A stretch of DNA of 59,077 bases, from assembly GCA_001949185.1 (NCBI GenBank), contig BDGG01000011.1, forward strand, positions 1,352,518-1,411,594, written 5' to 3'. The position numbers were made by a program, and so were the translations under genes. The notes below the pieces were generated by a model. The model made no database searches, was not told the DNA's origin, and was given only the letters and a program-made list of their open reading frames with translations. Origin of the DNA: Ramazzottius varieornatus (Eukaryota > Animalia > Tardigrada). Within the stretch, counting starts at the first letter, position 1. Each line of letters starts with the position of its first letter. Below are positions 1-13,440 of the stretch, in pieces.

Positions 1-318
1 CGCAAGGTAAGAGAGGAAAGTGGGAAATGCAGGCGGAAGAAGTCTCATGTGCTGAATTCAATTCTGTTGCAGAGTTTGTTGACGCAAACGAAGCGCGCCG
101 CTTTGGAGAAGATCAACCTCAAGTTCATCGATACTTCGTCCAAGTTCGGTCATGGTCGCTTCCAGACCGGCGCCGAGAAGGCCGCTTTCATGGTAAGCAG
201 AATTTTCTGTTTGGTGTTCATCAAGGGAATTCCTTCTGCGTGTTCGAGTTGGGAAAGAGGTTCGTTTTTGTTTTCGTAGGGTCCGCTCAAGAAGGACAAG
301 ATCAAACCCAAGGCCTGA
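1..318 (+). CDS. RPL3: 60S ribosomal protein L3, last exons (1-6, 73-192, 280-318)
   Basis: Spliced translation [40 protein letters not shown]|[12 protein letters not shown] matches the uL3 C-terminal signature; GT-AG introns 7-72 and 193-279. Confidence 0.95.
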
Positions 319-784
319 TTTGTTTCTTTTTGCTAAAACTAAGCCGGTAGCTTCGTTCTGCAACTGAATCTGTCCACAGTTTAGATTTTCGGATTGCGGA
401 AATATAACTCGAGGATTTGTTTCTGTATTGTGGGCTCGTGGCTATATTTCAAACGACACTGAATTTCATCACGCCTAAAGCGATAAGGATGCAGGTGACG
501 TCCTTTCATAGATGGAAGGTATACGTATGTTGGTGGCACTGATCGATTTTCCGGGAATGGTAAAAGGGACAGAGAGAACGAGAAGCCAGGAGGATGTTTC
601 CCTAAGTGGCGCACATTTTCAGTGTTTCGGCCGAAAAAGTGCGCCACTTGAAAATTGTCGTGTCTTGCCGACTTTGTTTGTACGGTCCCAGTTCAGGCTG
701 GAGCAATTGGAACTTGATCTTGGAATAGTTTGAGAATTTGTCTTTCTGGACGAAGTGGAGCTTTGGACATTGAAAGGATGGGAA

Positions 785-1970
785 ATGGTGATTATCGCTG
801 CGGCTGTCTGCGCTGGAACTGGAAGAGGTAAAGTTTGAATAGACGAGGAAATATTCGCCAGAAGTAAATTAACTAGAACTATGATGTCGTTTTATAGTGT
901 ATGTTTCCCGTCAGTTTCTGGAAATTTCGAGAGCTCATATCGATGAACACCTCTCCACGTTCAAAATTCTGTTGGATGGGAGACCGGTGGGTTTTTCGCT
1001 GAGCTTTTCCGTGGTGGAATCGGAGAGCGTTCGCTTCGTCTACCGGAAACTGATCGAACCAAAGTACGAAGGTGTGGTGATTGTTCTTCTCATCACGACA
1101 AAGAATGAAAATATCCTGGTGGCGAAGAAATGTCTGGAGCTGACGGTCGACGTGGTAAGATCCACTTCTCGAGTTTTGTGTTGGAGAAATTTAGGAGAAT
1201 TACCGATTTTGAAGAGTTCGAATGATATGGGAGGCCGGCAAACGTAGCGTGCAACACCGTTGTTATAAGCGGCGCACGAGTTCAGCCAATAGCAACAGAT
1301 AGGTGCGCGACTTCGAAAAACAGGCGAACTCGACAAGACTAATTTTCCAGAAGACGCACTCTTACAGCTTATAACCACGCAAACGTGCGCCACTGTGAGA
1401 ACTCCACAGATCTTTCTCCCAAGTGGCGGACGTATCTATTAATGCTAATTTCTACGACGACTTGCGCCAGTTGAGATCACAATCTTGTGGGTTTCGTTGG
1501 CCGCCCTTCAGTTCGGAATATCTTTACTTTCGAGAATCATTGCAGATGAAAGAGCGATGTATGTTCTTCGATGAGAAATGGGTGCTGAAGCATTCACTGG
1601 ACTTGGTTCTGGCCTTTGACGAGATGGTGTCGATGGGTTACGTGGTAGATGTGGACATGGGGGCCGTTGTGGAATGTTTGAGTATGGAATCGGAAGAGGA
1701 AAACCGGCAACGGCTGATTCGCAACGTGAGGGAATCCTTTGATGATAATAATGACTTATTCTGTATGGTTTGCTTTGTTTTTTCTTGCAGTGGCAGGAAA
1801 TGGAGACCCGGAAGTTAGCGGAGAGAAGAACTAAGGACCAGGAAAAAGAAGCCAGAGCAAATTCCGCAGTGGCTGACACCGACGTCGTGTCCTACTCCAC
1901 CTTTGGCTCCTACACGTTGGAACAAGATGCACTGAAACCATCCACCATGTCGATTAAACGCCCACCCTGA
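785..1970 (+). CDS. Divergent coatomer delta-like protein (longin domain plus following helix, no mu-homology domain), spliced
   Basis: MVIIAAAVCAGTGR|VYVSRQFLEI...ESESVRFVY...LITTKNENIL...DLVLAFDEMVSMGY...MESEEE aligns by eye to the delta-COP/ARCN1 N-terminus (MVLLAAAVC..SRQF..ETESVRYVY..LITTKNSNIL..FAFDEIVALGY..MDSHEE); stop at 1968-1970. Confidence 0.8.
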
Positions 1971-2659
1971 TGTGTTTCAATATATTTTCAGGTTTTTGAG
2001 TTTAAAGATTATGGGACAAGTCTTTTCGCTACCGCGGTACGGAAGCATGTACGGACGCGCTCCATTCACGCTAGTACACTTTTTGACACTTCTCTACGAT
2101 CGAAGTTCCATTTTGCGGTTTTTCGCCTGTCCCATACTGTTTACTGTCTCATGATTTCTCAATGTACGTACAGTATACGGCTTCGATTTCCTATAAAATG
2201 AACCGTTGGATGGGATTTGCATGAACATGCATACATTCCCGCTAACGAGCATCACAATAGTCTGGATGCAGGCAGTGGAAAGATCTATCTTGGTCTTCTG
2301 CTGAGCACAGGGTCTTTCAAAGGCATCGAACGCTGATGTAAAGCATTTTAAATGTGATTTGACAATTCGGTTTCAAAAATGTGGAGAATATCCGGTTCAT
2401 GCATGAGTGGAACGGAATTTCAGGAACTCAAATATAGGAGATCGAGGGTTTAGTGACAGAGCAACATCAAATATGCGTCGACGATTGCTAATTTCGCTGA
2501 CCTTGTTCGCAACATGCGTCACAGAATAAAATTCTGCCGGCCTTCGTCTCCAGTTTGAATCGATGCTGACAATAAAGCTCACAAATTTGGTCGACATTCC
2601 GCAAGACGTTGCTCGTATCTCGATCCATTGTTTATTCGCCGAAAAAGGACGCCGACAGA

Positions 2660-5324
2660 ATGATTGCGGGACTTCTTTCCCTGTTTCTTCTAGGCATTTC
2701 CTGTACCTGTAAGTACTGTACATTTTCTGCTTAGTTTGGCCGTTCATAGATTCCATGACCGAAATTTTTTTGAACAGATGCATATGACAAGGCCAATCTG
2801 CGTACCATCAACATCCAAGCCCAGTTTCTTCGATGGCCCAATCCTATCGCCATTCCTTACTATCTCGACGCTGCCTACAGTACATGCCTTTCACCTTCGG
2901 GAATTATCATTGTCAATTTAAAGCTGGTTCATTTCTTTCTAGCTACGGATGAAAGAACGCAAATCAAAGCAGCCATCGCCAAAGTGATGGCAGATATGAA
3001 ATCATGCATTGGGTTCGCCGAAGTTCCTCCCACCGATCCGTCGTATAAAGTGAAGATCACTCCTTTTGCTGATGACGGGTAGGAAAAGGCTTCTTTTTTC
3101 GTTAGTTGGGAGCTTAGCACACAAAAGGGACAAGACACGGTTTTGTGCACGTGAAGCGCGCACCTACTCAGTGTTACTGGCTGGAGGCGTGCGTCACCAG
3201 CAAAGCTCGGCAAGATGGTTTTCCGAGTAGCGCACGTCTTCGGTCGAAAGCACTGAAATCAGTCTTGCAGAGGTTGTCCACCGCGCTCCCAGTTGAATTC
3301 CTGAATGCCAAATGCCTCTTTCCTCGATCCATAGGACAACAGCCGAGCCATACTGCTACTCCTACCCGGGTTACTACAAGGACCTTCAAACATCGGGCAG
3401 AACAGAACAGCGAATGGTTCTCGCCCGCGGACCAACCGGCTGTTTTACCGGGAAACTGCGCGACTTAATGAAGTAGCGCGTGGTTTTTCTTGCTCTTGAA
3501 ACGAATGAGCGTTGTCTTCAAAGGTTGTTGTATCTCTTTTGCAGGTACGTCGTTGTCACCCTTGGGAAGCGCAACGAGCATCAGCGCGGCGATCGCGCTG
3601 ATTACATTGACGTCAAGCAAGAAGCTTTAGCCGAAAGTAAGACATTCACGTGAAACTTCAAAAGTGTTTATTTAGTGCAGAAATAAACCTTGACAGTCTG
3701 GTGAATATTGATTTATATCCTTGAAGATGCCTACAGTGGAACCGCATACCGAATTTATTCAGCACAAGAAGCCTACTGGTCCGCGTTTCCGTACGACTAC
3801 TGTTCCATCACGCACAACCGCCCTACTGACTTGGCGAAACCTGGTCAGCAGGCTTTCACGGTCAAGAAAGCCCCCTTCTTCATACCGACATTGGACAGAC
3901 TCAGCAACAGCGACTGCCAGTTGATTAGCCTGATGTTTCCCGCTACATGTGACCGAAAGAAATGCGACCCACGTAAGCCAGATTTTTCATTTTTCTACCC
4001 AGACGAAGTGGTGCATTCTAGCGCGTCCTCCTTCCAGTGGACTGCGCCGCTCAAGTGAACACAACGACAACGCCTGGCACCACCAGTGCTGCCACCACAA
4101 CTTCCGGGTCGACCACAGCGGCGTCCACCACGGGTCCAACAACGACAGCTCAAACCAGTTCCCAAACGGCATGTCCCACTGTCACAACAGCGGCGACGGC
4201 CACAACGACTGCTGGACCGACCATTCCTCCTTTCGTCAAGAGCACCTGTACCGACGGTGACTTTTCCATCTTTTGCAAGAAGGCTCCCACCGCGTCGTTA
4301 TTGTACCAAGCTGGTGCGACGACGGACGACGATGTCTACGTCCTCATCAGTGGTAGGTGCTCTGTACAGGCATTAGAGGGCGCGGAAAAATATCTGACTT
4401 TCATACTGGATATGCTTCTGCAGGAAACTGTGCGATGACGTATACGTTGGGCGAGAAACCGTTTCCGTCCGACCCAACCAAGTCGGTGATGGCGGTCGAA
4501 CCAGTACTAACCGTTAACCAGACCGCCAACCCAGTTGACCTTTCGCTTCTCTTCCCGGGATACGACGCCCTGGGTCAGACCTTGCCCATCAACTTTGCCT
4601 TCACCGCCAGTAACAACGGTCCCACCTTTCTCTCCAATTCGGCCAACGTAAGTTGTCCCCTCTTAGACCGACGCTGTTTTTCCATCGCAAGTCATTTACA
4701 CAGCGAATGCTTGTAGCCGACAAAAGCCGCTGCCTGCAGCTACCCACCAACCCAGCCTGCCACGCCCTGTTTCCAAGCCACGTGGCCTGCGCCACCCTTG
4801 GACGGAAGCCTGTCAACTGCGGCTCCAACAGCCTCCTCGACAACCGTGCTGGCTAAAGACCAATTCATAGTTTACCACAACTGTAAGCAATTCTTCTTAC
4901 CAAATTCTGGTCAGAGAATTTTGCCGCATGGTTCAACACAAAAGACAAAAGACAAAACCTGGTGCGTTGTTTACAGCAACCAAGCAGATGTGCAGAAGTA
5001 CCACCGGCCAACCGACACAGGCCAACCAGCCACTGTGCTTCACCTTGACTAAAGAACTTGATCCCATTGTCAAAGTGACGGCCATTCAGTACATGAACGA
5101 CCCTACCGGTCCTCTGGTGCTGGTCTTTGGAGAAGACGCAACTGCAGCACATTACATTGCGATGGGTGACGGACAAACGGTCGGCTTCAGCTTCGATGTA
5201 AGTCACTCTTGAGCTCGATCGAAATGAAGGTACCAATAACGTACGGGACTTAACATCTGGACTGTTTCAGACTTCGGGAGGAGCGTTTCCTACTTCGACA
5301 TACACCAACCGGATGAAATGCTAG
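2660..5324 (+). CDS. Secreted astacin-fold pseudoprotease with Thr-rich linker and Cys-containing C-terminal domains (multi-exon)
   Basis: Signal-peptide exon MIAGLLSLFLLGISCT; RWPNPIAIPYYLD; SCIGF; CYSYPG; KYVVVTLGKRNEHQRGDRADYI at the HExxHxxGxxHExxRxDR position; PYDYCSITH at the Met-turn; TTTT-rich stretch about 4060-4220; last exon TSGGAFPTSTYTNRMKC*. Confidence 0.75.
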
Positions 5325-5786
5325 ATAGCTCGAGGAGAAGTCGCTGGTATCTCATTGATATTGTGGCTGGTAATTGACTGAACACTAGATCAAGAGTAGC
5401 AAGATCATAATTTTGAGGTTGATGCGTTCAATTTTATTTTACCCATACTTCAAGAAGCCGAAACCACACAATCATTAATATCTAGGCCGTGATATCTCAG
5501 CATCCTGATGGGTTACACTTTTGCCAGAAGGACGAGGTGATTGGTTCCGATCAACAATTGGTCAAAGCCATATCATTGCTCGGTACTAGATGAGCTTTAG
5601 TAACGGTTATCAAAGGAGCGTCTGTCGCCGAAGTGAAAAGGATAACGGTAATGGAACAAACGGCGGGAAAAAAAGGATTTGATACCTTCACTGTGTATGT
5701 CTTGCTCGCTAAAGAGCATTGATACTGAACAGCCCGAAAGGACTTCGGGTGGACGATTGATTAGTGCGGTGCATATGTAACGCTAC

Positions 5787-6472
5787 CTATATATAAGGTT
5801 GCGGTCTCGAAGACAGAATGATTACACCGTAAGATCCGTTGTGAGCTGTGAGGGGCGAGCCAATGGAACGTATCGTCATCTGCCGGCCTTGAGTGGCATG
5901 TCTGACTTGGACAAGGCAGAACATAATTCTCTGGTGTTTCTGGTAGGAAAGACTGTAGATGAACAAGGGGCAGCCGTAGTAGTCTTTCGACTCTTCCCGC
6001 AATAGAAGTTCCTCGTACAAAGTTCCAGCGGAGCTGCTGTTGGCCTCACCTGCTGCCAGCTGCATCCAACGGCATGTCATGGTTGAGTTGGCGCTGCCAT
6101 TTCCCCCTTGGGCAACCATATCTTTGCAAAGTTGGCCACAATCACCAGCGAGTCCTCCATATGCCCTGAAATGAGGTGGACTCTTTCTGGCTCTCCAGAC
6201 AGATCGGCAACGAGCAAGTCCGTTGATGAGCGAGGTGGTACGTTCTTCGACAAGCTGACGCTAACTGTCTCATTCCCGGAACTTGTTCCATCACATTGAC
6301 ACGATATATTACAGGTTTGCACATTGCCGACTGCTGTAACGTCATTCCGTGTCGAAATAATACTAGCTCCCCAAAACATGAGAGCCACCAGTAAGAGAGT
6401 CATTACTAGAATTACGTGGAGCCAAAAATGTTTCAAGAAAGAAGGATGCGTTTTAGAAGGCATCGCGTACAC
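5787..6472 (-). CDS. Putative type II membrane protein of unknown family, possibly disrupted
   Basis: ORF 6077-6472 has one hydrophobic N-terminal segment (FWLHVILVMTLLLVALMFWGASII); an overlapping ORF continues in another frame; no recognisable motif. Confidence 0.3.
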
Positions 6473-6696
6473 CGGTCACCGAGACATGAATTTTGAAACT
6501 TGCTCAGGTACGCCATAGTCAAGGAAGTCGACCACATACTGGTACACTCGCTGGTTCGAAGCTGTTGATTGTGTACGGCTAATCGGTATATGTTACCTGA
6601 ATTGACCTTTGACGGAAAGATCGAACCTGAAATGGTACGTTGTTGGATTTGCTCCCAGCCTCAGAGCAACCACGTTTGCGAGAGGCCAGCTGTCCG

Positions 6697-7222
<526 letters not shown>

Positions 7223-7643
7223 TCAGATGATCAAAGAAGACTTACCCAGACTTCATGGCAAAAATCCGCAGAAGATTACCGTACATTTCGACAACGCGAA
7301 GTCCCACGTGGCCAAACTGACCCAAGAATGGATGGAAGAGAACCATCCGAATTACATTGCGGATCACGTTTGGATGGCCAACAGCCCTGACCTAGCTCCC
7401 TTGGACTACGCGATAAATGGGATTTTAAAAAATATTTTAGGTGAACGGAAGGTAACCACTGTCGCCGGTCTGAGCAAGATCCTCAAAGGGGTGTGCGCAA
7501 ACTTCGACCTCGGAATCATCCGCCGATCACTTTTGTCCTGGGAATGCAGGGTCCAAAAGATGCTAGACAGACGCGGGGATGTTGAAACTGATTGAAAATG
7601 ATAGCTTCCGTTTTGAATGCGTAGGAATTTTTTTGGCAGTGGT
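7223..7643 (+). mobile_element. Tc1/mariner DD37D (maT-type) transposase C-terminal fragment with probable right terminus
   Basis: HFDNAKSH...WMANSPDLAPLDY with 37 residues between the second and third catalytic Asp; ends ...ttttttggcagtgg followed by TA. Confidence 0.85.
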
Positions 7644-7645
7644 AG

Positions 7646-8125
7646 CAAGTTGGCGTACTCACCCTGTAAATCCACGCTGCCTTTACGCTTCGAAGTTTAT
7701 GGTTCCGTACGCGGCTTTAGGCTGTTTTTCTCACAAATGAGAAACCACGATATCCACGCGGCGAGTTTTATATCATTATCGATTTCAGAATTCCACTTCA
7801 AAATAAGTAGATTATCACGCTTCTCTCCCTTAAGGCAAATTCTTTTATCAGTAAACACATTGCCCGCATCGCTAAACAGTCTTTCAGATGGCGTACTCGA
7901 AATTCGAATATAAAGAACTCTCTTCGCCCTTGTAGGTTTCATTGGCGTGCATTTAACTACGCGATGGAAAGCTGAGCCAGCCACGCTGTGCCGACTGTTG
8001 CGAGCTGACATCCGCGCTATACCACGCTGACCCACCCATTATTCCTGTACTATTTACGCTGATCCACGCGGAGCGAGCAGCGTGGATCAGCGTGATACCG
8101 CGTGACCACGCTGCTGCGAGCTCTA
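7646..8125 (-). mobile_element. hAT transposon remnant (C-terminal dimerisation domain plus one terminus)
   Basis: ISSTPSERLFSDAGNVFTDKRICLKGEKRDNLLILKWN is a hAT dimerisation motif; repeated CCACGC subterminal motifs; minus-strand end TAGAGCTCGCAGCAGCGTGG. Confidence 0.7.
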
Positions 8126-9820
8126 AGCGTTGGTCTTCGCCGACAGATAGCGTGATTAGCTCATACCGGAAACCCGGAAAGTTTTAAACTCATAAAGTTT
8201 TGGACGGGACTTCGACGGGAGAAAGTATCATTGCGGCCACGAACGTGGAGACACGGCGAATGAGTCAAAGCGAAGGCGGAGTTCAAGGCGGGACTGCAAT
8301 CAACAGATTTGATGGACTTTATTGGGAAGCACTCTCTGAAATCTAAATCACCACGTCAGTCACCCTGTAGCCTCGACTCATCCCAAACTCTATTACAGAA
8401 CATAACGACAGAGGAAGCTATAGCTATGACAGAAGCGATCACAGGAAGACTCCCGGTATCACAAAGGAACCCTGCTACGCCTGAAACAGCTGACTGAACC
8501 GTGAACGTTGATCACGGCTTCCGATTGCCGTGAACTCACGTCACACAGTCAGTTTTGATTGATTGATTGATCTGCCATGTCCTCACGTTCGTGACCGCAG
8601 TGGTTTGTCCATTTTCCCGCGAACCTTCATCCTTCCAGGAACACATCTTGAAAAACCGCGCGCCTCTTTCCCGTCCCTCCAAAAAGTCTGAATACTGGAA
8701 CCGAGTGTTGTTTATGCGCAGCAATCAACATGAATCAATCCGCAAAGCGGAAAGGGCTCGATTTAGCGACGGGAGTGGACTCTGAAACGGGTCGTGGTGG
8801 GCTGATGGACAAACGCCGTTCTGACTCACGCTCTTCTGGCTCTAACGGCTGTTCGGACATGGGTGGCTCTTTCGAATCATTACCAGCAGGAGAGTACGGC
8901 CGACACAGCGCCAGTCACAAACGACGGGCTTCCGAGCCGGCACCCGTCAGTGACGGCCACGCCGGTTTAGCCCCGATGGCCGGCACTGTTTCTATCTTTA
9001 CTCTCCATTCCCCTGGCGCTTGCCACGATCCTTTCTCCATCAACGTCTGTCTCATCGAATTCGACCAAAAGTCGATCAAAGGTACGTCCAAGATCGTATT
9101 CACGAGTGGCGCATTCCATCAACCAATGATACCGGCAGAGAGGGCAACGTGGTGGAAAGATCGACAAGATCGTTTTCCCAAGTGGCGCACCCTTCCAACC
9201 AACAAAACTGATAATGTGCGCCACTCGAAGAAACTCGACGGGATCGTTTTCCCAAGTGGCGCAAGCGTTCAGGCGAAAGCTTCAGAAAAGTGCACCGCTA
9301 TCCTACAACATGAATCAAGTCATGCGTTCCACTGAGTGTGTCATCCACAGGCGGACCAGCTATCTGTCACCTCGTGACTATCAGTGTCAAGTTTTCGGCC
9401 ACTGACAGTACGTGCACGGCTTCCGGCAACAATCTCACAGTTCCTTCTCCTCTGACTCCGGCAAGAACTTTCCCGCGACCTCTTTTCCACGCCCAACATC
9501 GGCCGGCTCGCCTCACGTATTTTTTCCTCGCTGTTGCTTCCTCTAGTTCTCTTTGCTGATTTCCCTACGGATTGAGTTTAGCGTCTTGTCTTTTTTCTCC
9601 GTACCAGTGACCAGTCTGTATGTAGTTTTCGACTTTTAATATCGTCAAGGTTGATTAGTGACCTCTGCTACAAGGTGCTTTCGGTCTGCACAACCGGGTC
9701 ATCAAAATGAAAGTTTATCAAGGCCACCAACGTCTGCTTATCCTCCAGAGACAGCTTGCCACGCCACCGAGAACGAAACGGTCAACTACTTCAACATGGG
9801 TTCGCGCAAAGGATGGTTTA

Positions 9821-12375
9821 CCCTAACCAAAATCCCGAAAAATTGAGGACTCCTGCGAAAACTTCGTGGAAGAAATGTTACGGGAAAAGTTCATCGTTCG
9901 TGAAAGGCTTCCGCAGAGAAAGGCGAAAAATTCCGACATATTTTCACTCTGCAGGACACGATGTTTTCAACCGAAGCCCACCAGACTTTTCCGAGGGAGT
10001 TAAACGAAGTTTAGCCGATGAAAGGAAGGACGTTTTCCGCTAGAAAAAGGCGAACACTGAGAGACAATCAGAAACGAGATGCCCATACAGCTGTTCTTGT
10101 AGAAATGACAACCAACAGACTAAAAGATCTCTTGGTTCTATTCTTCTTCGCCTTCTGAGGGACTGTCCCGCTTCTTCGAGGTCGACGGCTTCTTCAACGT
10201 CGGCTCCTACTGGGGGTCTTCAGCGTACGAGCCAGCCTCTTTCTCCCGAAGGTAGCCCACTTTCTTGCTGGAAGCTGCCAGCAATCCTTCGGTACTAATC
10301 TAGAGGCTTGGGTTCTTGAGACATGCGGGATGGTGAGAATTGATCCATCCTGCAAAAACTTATGCGGTTAGTTTCGTGTTTCTGCAGAGTCACCGCGTCC
10401 AGGGACAGTCCCTTACCCGTGATGTTGTTGACGACGTCCGATCCTAGTGCAGCTTTCCAGCCGAAGTACTGTTCGGTGAAGATACCGAGAATTGTGTCGT
10501 AGGTACCGTCAAGAGCAGGGCCAAGTCAACCGCATCCAACATGAGACTCTTCCGCAGCTGGTCCTTGAATACCTTGGAACCCTGCTCAAGGACGTATCGT
10601 CGACTGTCTGGGTACAATTCCACCCTGTTGAGGCCGCCTGTGTTCAGGTTGTCCTTTACTCGTTGAAGCAGCTGTCTTTGATGAGGAGTCAAGCTACCTG
10701 CAGACACATTGAAAACACCCAGGTAGTAAAAAGAGTTCGTCCCGTGAAACTATATTTGCTTTTTGGTGAATGACCGATGTTAAACCACCGATTGTTTTCT
10801 GGAACCTACTTAGCGATGAACGGTGAAGTGACGTTGCCTGAGACGACGGGACTGTCCTTTTGTCGAACTAGGCGGCTGTTCCGGACTTGGTCCCGGGAAC
10901 AGTACCCCGAACCTCTGAAATAATTCCGCTCTTAGAACCTTGAAGAAAGGTCGATCAGGCGGTCAGTTTCTCCAGTCTCATATCATACCTGGAGCTTCCG
11001 ACGTGCGGATGGCGATATCCCTGCGGTATCAGTAAGGTTCCTTGATGGTTCCTTGAAAGCTCCGACGAGGCCCACGACGTGTCAAAATATTTCACTCCTA
11101 CCAAAATTTAACCAGGAAATTAATAACGGTCACAAAGTGGACATGTAACGATGATGCAGACCGTGCCTGACGTCTCCGCGATATTTCCTGTTAACTGTGC
11201 CCAACCTACAACGCGACCATACATTTCGCATAATCTGCATGAAGTAGAAATAAAGGGACAAGCTTACCGGGAACGGCCATTTCGACCACGGTGACTTGGT
11301 CGATCTGAAAGGGACTGTCCCGCAACGTATAGCTCGTCTGGTGATCTTCTCGATCACACCTAGGATGGTTGGCAGTTAACACTTTGGATTACTTAAAACT
11401 ACAGTTGCACGGCCTCTTGTCCTCCTCATGCGAGAAACAAGGCTGTGCCAGAACCGAGCATAGCCCTTGCTGGATGCCTGGGTTGTAGACAGGGCTGAGC
11501 CGACGCTCTTGCTTTTCACAAATCAACAATCAATGGATACCGGCGAATGCGTCGCTGGAATGGGTCCCACAGGCACGTGTAGAAATATCCATTGATTGTT
11601 GATCGAACTGCCGGTCGATAGAACTGCAGATTTTCCCTTCGGAAGATCTGCGAACAACTGGCCTCCGTATGTATTCGATTTCTCAGTGAACAAGTAGAAG
11701 ACATCCCCAGGAGTAACTGTCAGTCGGTTGGACGGTAGGGGTTTTTGGAAGAGAAGGCAAGGTTTCACGTCGCCTGCAAAACCAAAACCAACCCCGATCA
11801 ACATGCGTACCTTTATGGACCTCTAGCACAGCGTTCCCAACTATCTTACCTTCACCGCTTCAAAGGTATACGCTTGTCAAACCAGGTAAAAGAGGGACTG
11901 TCCCGTAAAAGCCCTAATCCCTAATAAAGAAAAGCATGAAACGTCAGCCTTCTCCATAAGGAAGAAATCCTATTAATAGCCACCGTCACGCTCACCTTTG
12001 CCTTTTCAACGACAGCATCTCCATCTCCGCGTCGTTCGCGAAGCATCTAGGCGTCCAGCTCTTCTCTGCCATCGCTAGCTGGTTGGAGCGGAATGGCAGA
12101 CAAGGTCGAAGACAGTTCAGGGGAAGAACAGAGCCGCTGTAAACGGACAAATACGGAAAAACAAAATTAAATTTCAAATTTCAAATTTCAAAAACCAGCG
12201 TGCTACTCGCACAGTGGTTGATTGCAGAGCTTGGTTGGTCTTTCCGTATTTGGAAAGTTTATCCTACTCAGTATTCGTTGCTTGTAGGAAGTTAAGTTCC
12301 GTTGGTTAGTTTGAGTAGCCTATGCGGCGGACTCCTGTGAGCATGAAAAATCCCGAATTTGGATTCTGGTCCGGG
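9821..12375. mobile_element. 2.55-kb insertion with imperfect terminal inverted repeats and apparent TTA target duplication; no transposase recognised
   Basis: Absent from the paralogous site at about 18680 (ggatggttcaactaaa); ends tta|CCCTAACCAAAATCC and GGATTCTGGTCCGGG|tta. Confidence 0.75.
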
Positions 12376-12494
12376 TTAACTAAAGCAGCACTGTGGCGAC
12401 ATCTACCATTTGACGGCCCGTGACAGTCTTGACCTTTTGTTTCACAAGACAGCAATAGGAGTCATGGGTTCCAAACGTGTTTACAGGCGATACA

Positions 12495-13440
12495 CTAATA
12501 ATACACTCGAAGCCATTTTTCAGTTGGAACACTACAATATGGACATGTTTTCTGGTCGCTACTGTGAAGCCTAAGTATGCAAGCACGACAGACATGAATA
12601 TGGCCACATGGAATCAGAACGACCATCTCACTGTTTGACAGACAGACCAAGCACTGAATCTCATTCTGCGGAACAGCTTCGACTCTTTCCTCGTTTCGTT
12701 TCACGGTTGGACAGGTGCATCCGTTTTTCGCAACAATCTTGACTCTCATATCCAACAGCCATCCGTACGACTTGAAGAAACGACGTATTCTGTACCGAAG
12801 TTCCAGGGAAAATTCCTATAAAGAAGATCAAAGGGGTCGTTTAGACTGCGCAGATGCGGACCGGGGGACAAGCTATTACTCAACTACTGTAGTGGTATTT
12901 AGGTAGGTGTACTGTACCGTCATCGCATCGCATAGCTCTTCGAACTGCTCGGGCTTGTTTACAAACCAAAGAAGAAACAGATGTACGCACAGTAGGGACG
13001 GTAAGCACAAATAATCCCAGTAGTGTACATGTTCGGGCCCCATGATCCAGCAAAAAGTCATCACTAAACCCAAACCGGCTGTCGAAAACCACGATTCAAG
13101 ATATATAGTAGGAGCGATCTGTCTACTGTACGAGCCCGAAAAAAAGAAACAGATCCTGGAAGTTGTATCACGACACTTAATGTAAAGACATGGCACTGAC
13201 AGTGCATGCACGAAGGCGAACGATATCTTACTCCACCATCGAGCGACTGATGGCTGCTTCAGGAGCTTTTGTGGGTGTTCAGCTGCCTGGCTTGCTTCAC
13301 CTTCAGCTTGTTAAGACAATGGTAGTTCACACTGGATACAGGTCTTCCCATACGGTTCACTGCGAAGGGAACAAGAGCCAGTAGACACAAAGACATGTCA
13401 TGAGACCAAAACCAAAGGCTACTGAGTGCAGTAGGCATTC
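12495..13440 (-). CDS. Multi-TM protein with C-terminal C3HC4 RING (RNF26/IAP-type), copy A; 5' part appears disrupted
   Basis: CLVC-x11-CGHIHVCRAC-x11-CPYC...WLRVYY*; hydrophobic upstream exon (GLGLVMTFCWIM, LPSLLCVHLFLLWFV); probable intron about 12817-12880. The 5' boundary is approximate. Confidence 0.7.

Noticed and set aside
8730-9335. 201-aa plus-strand ORF
   Set aside because: Runs through the palindrome array and the antisense of a pseudo-exon; no protein-like motif.
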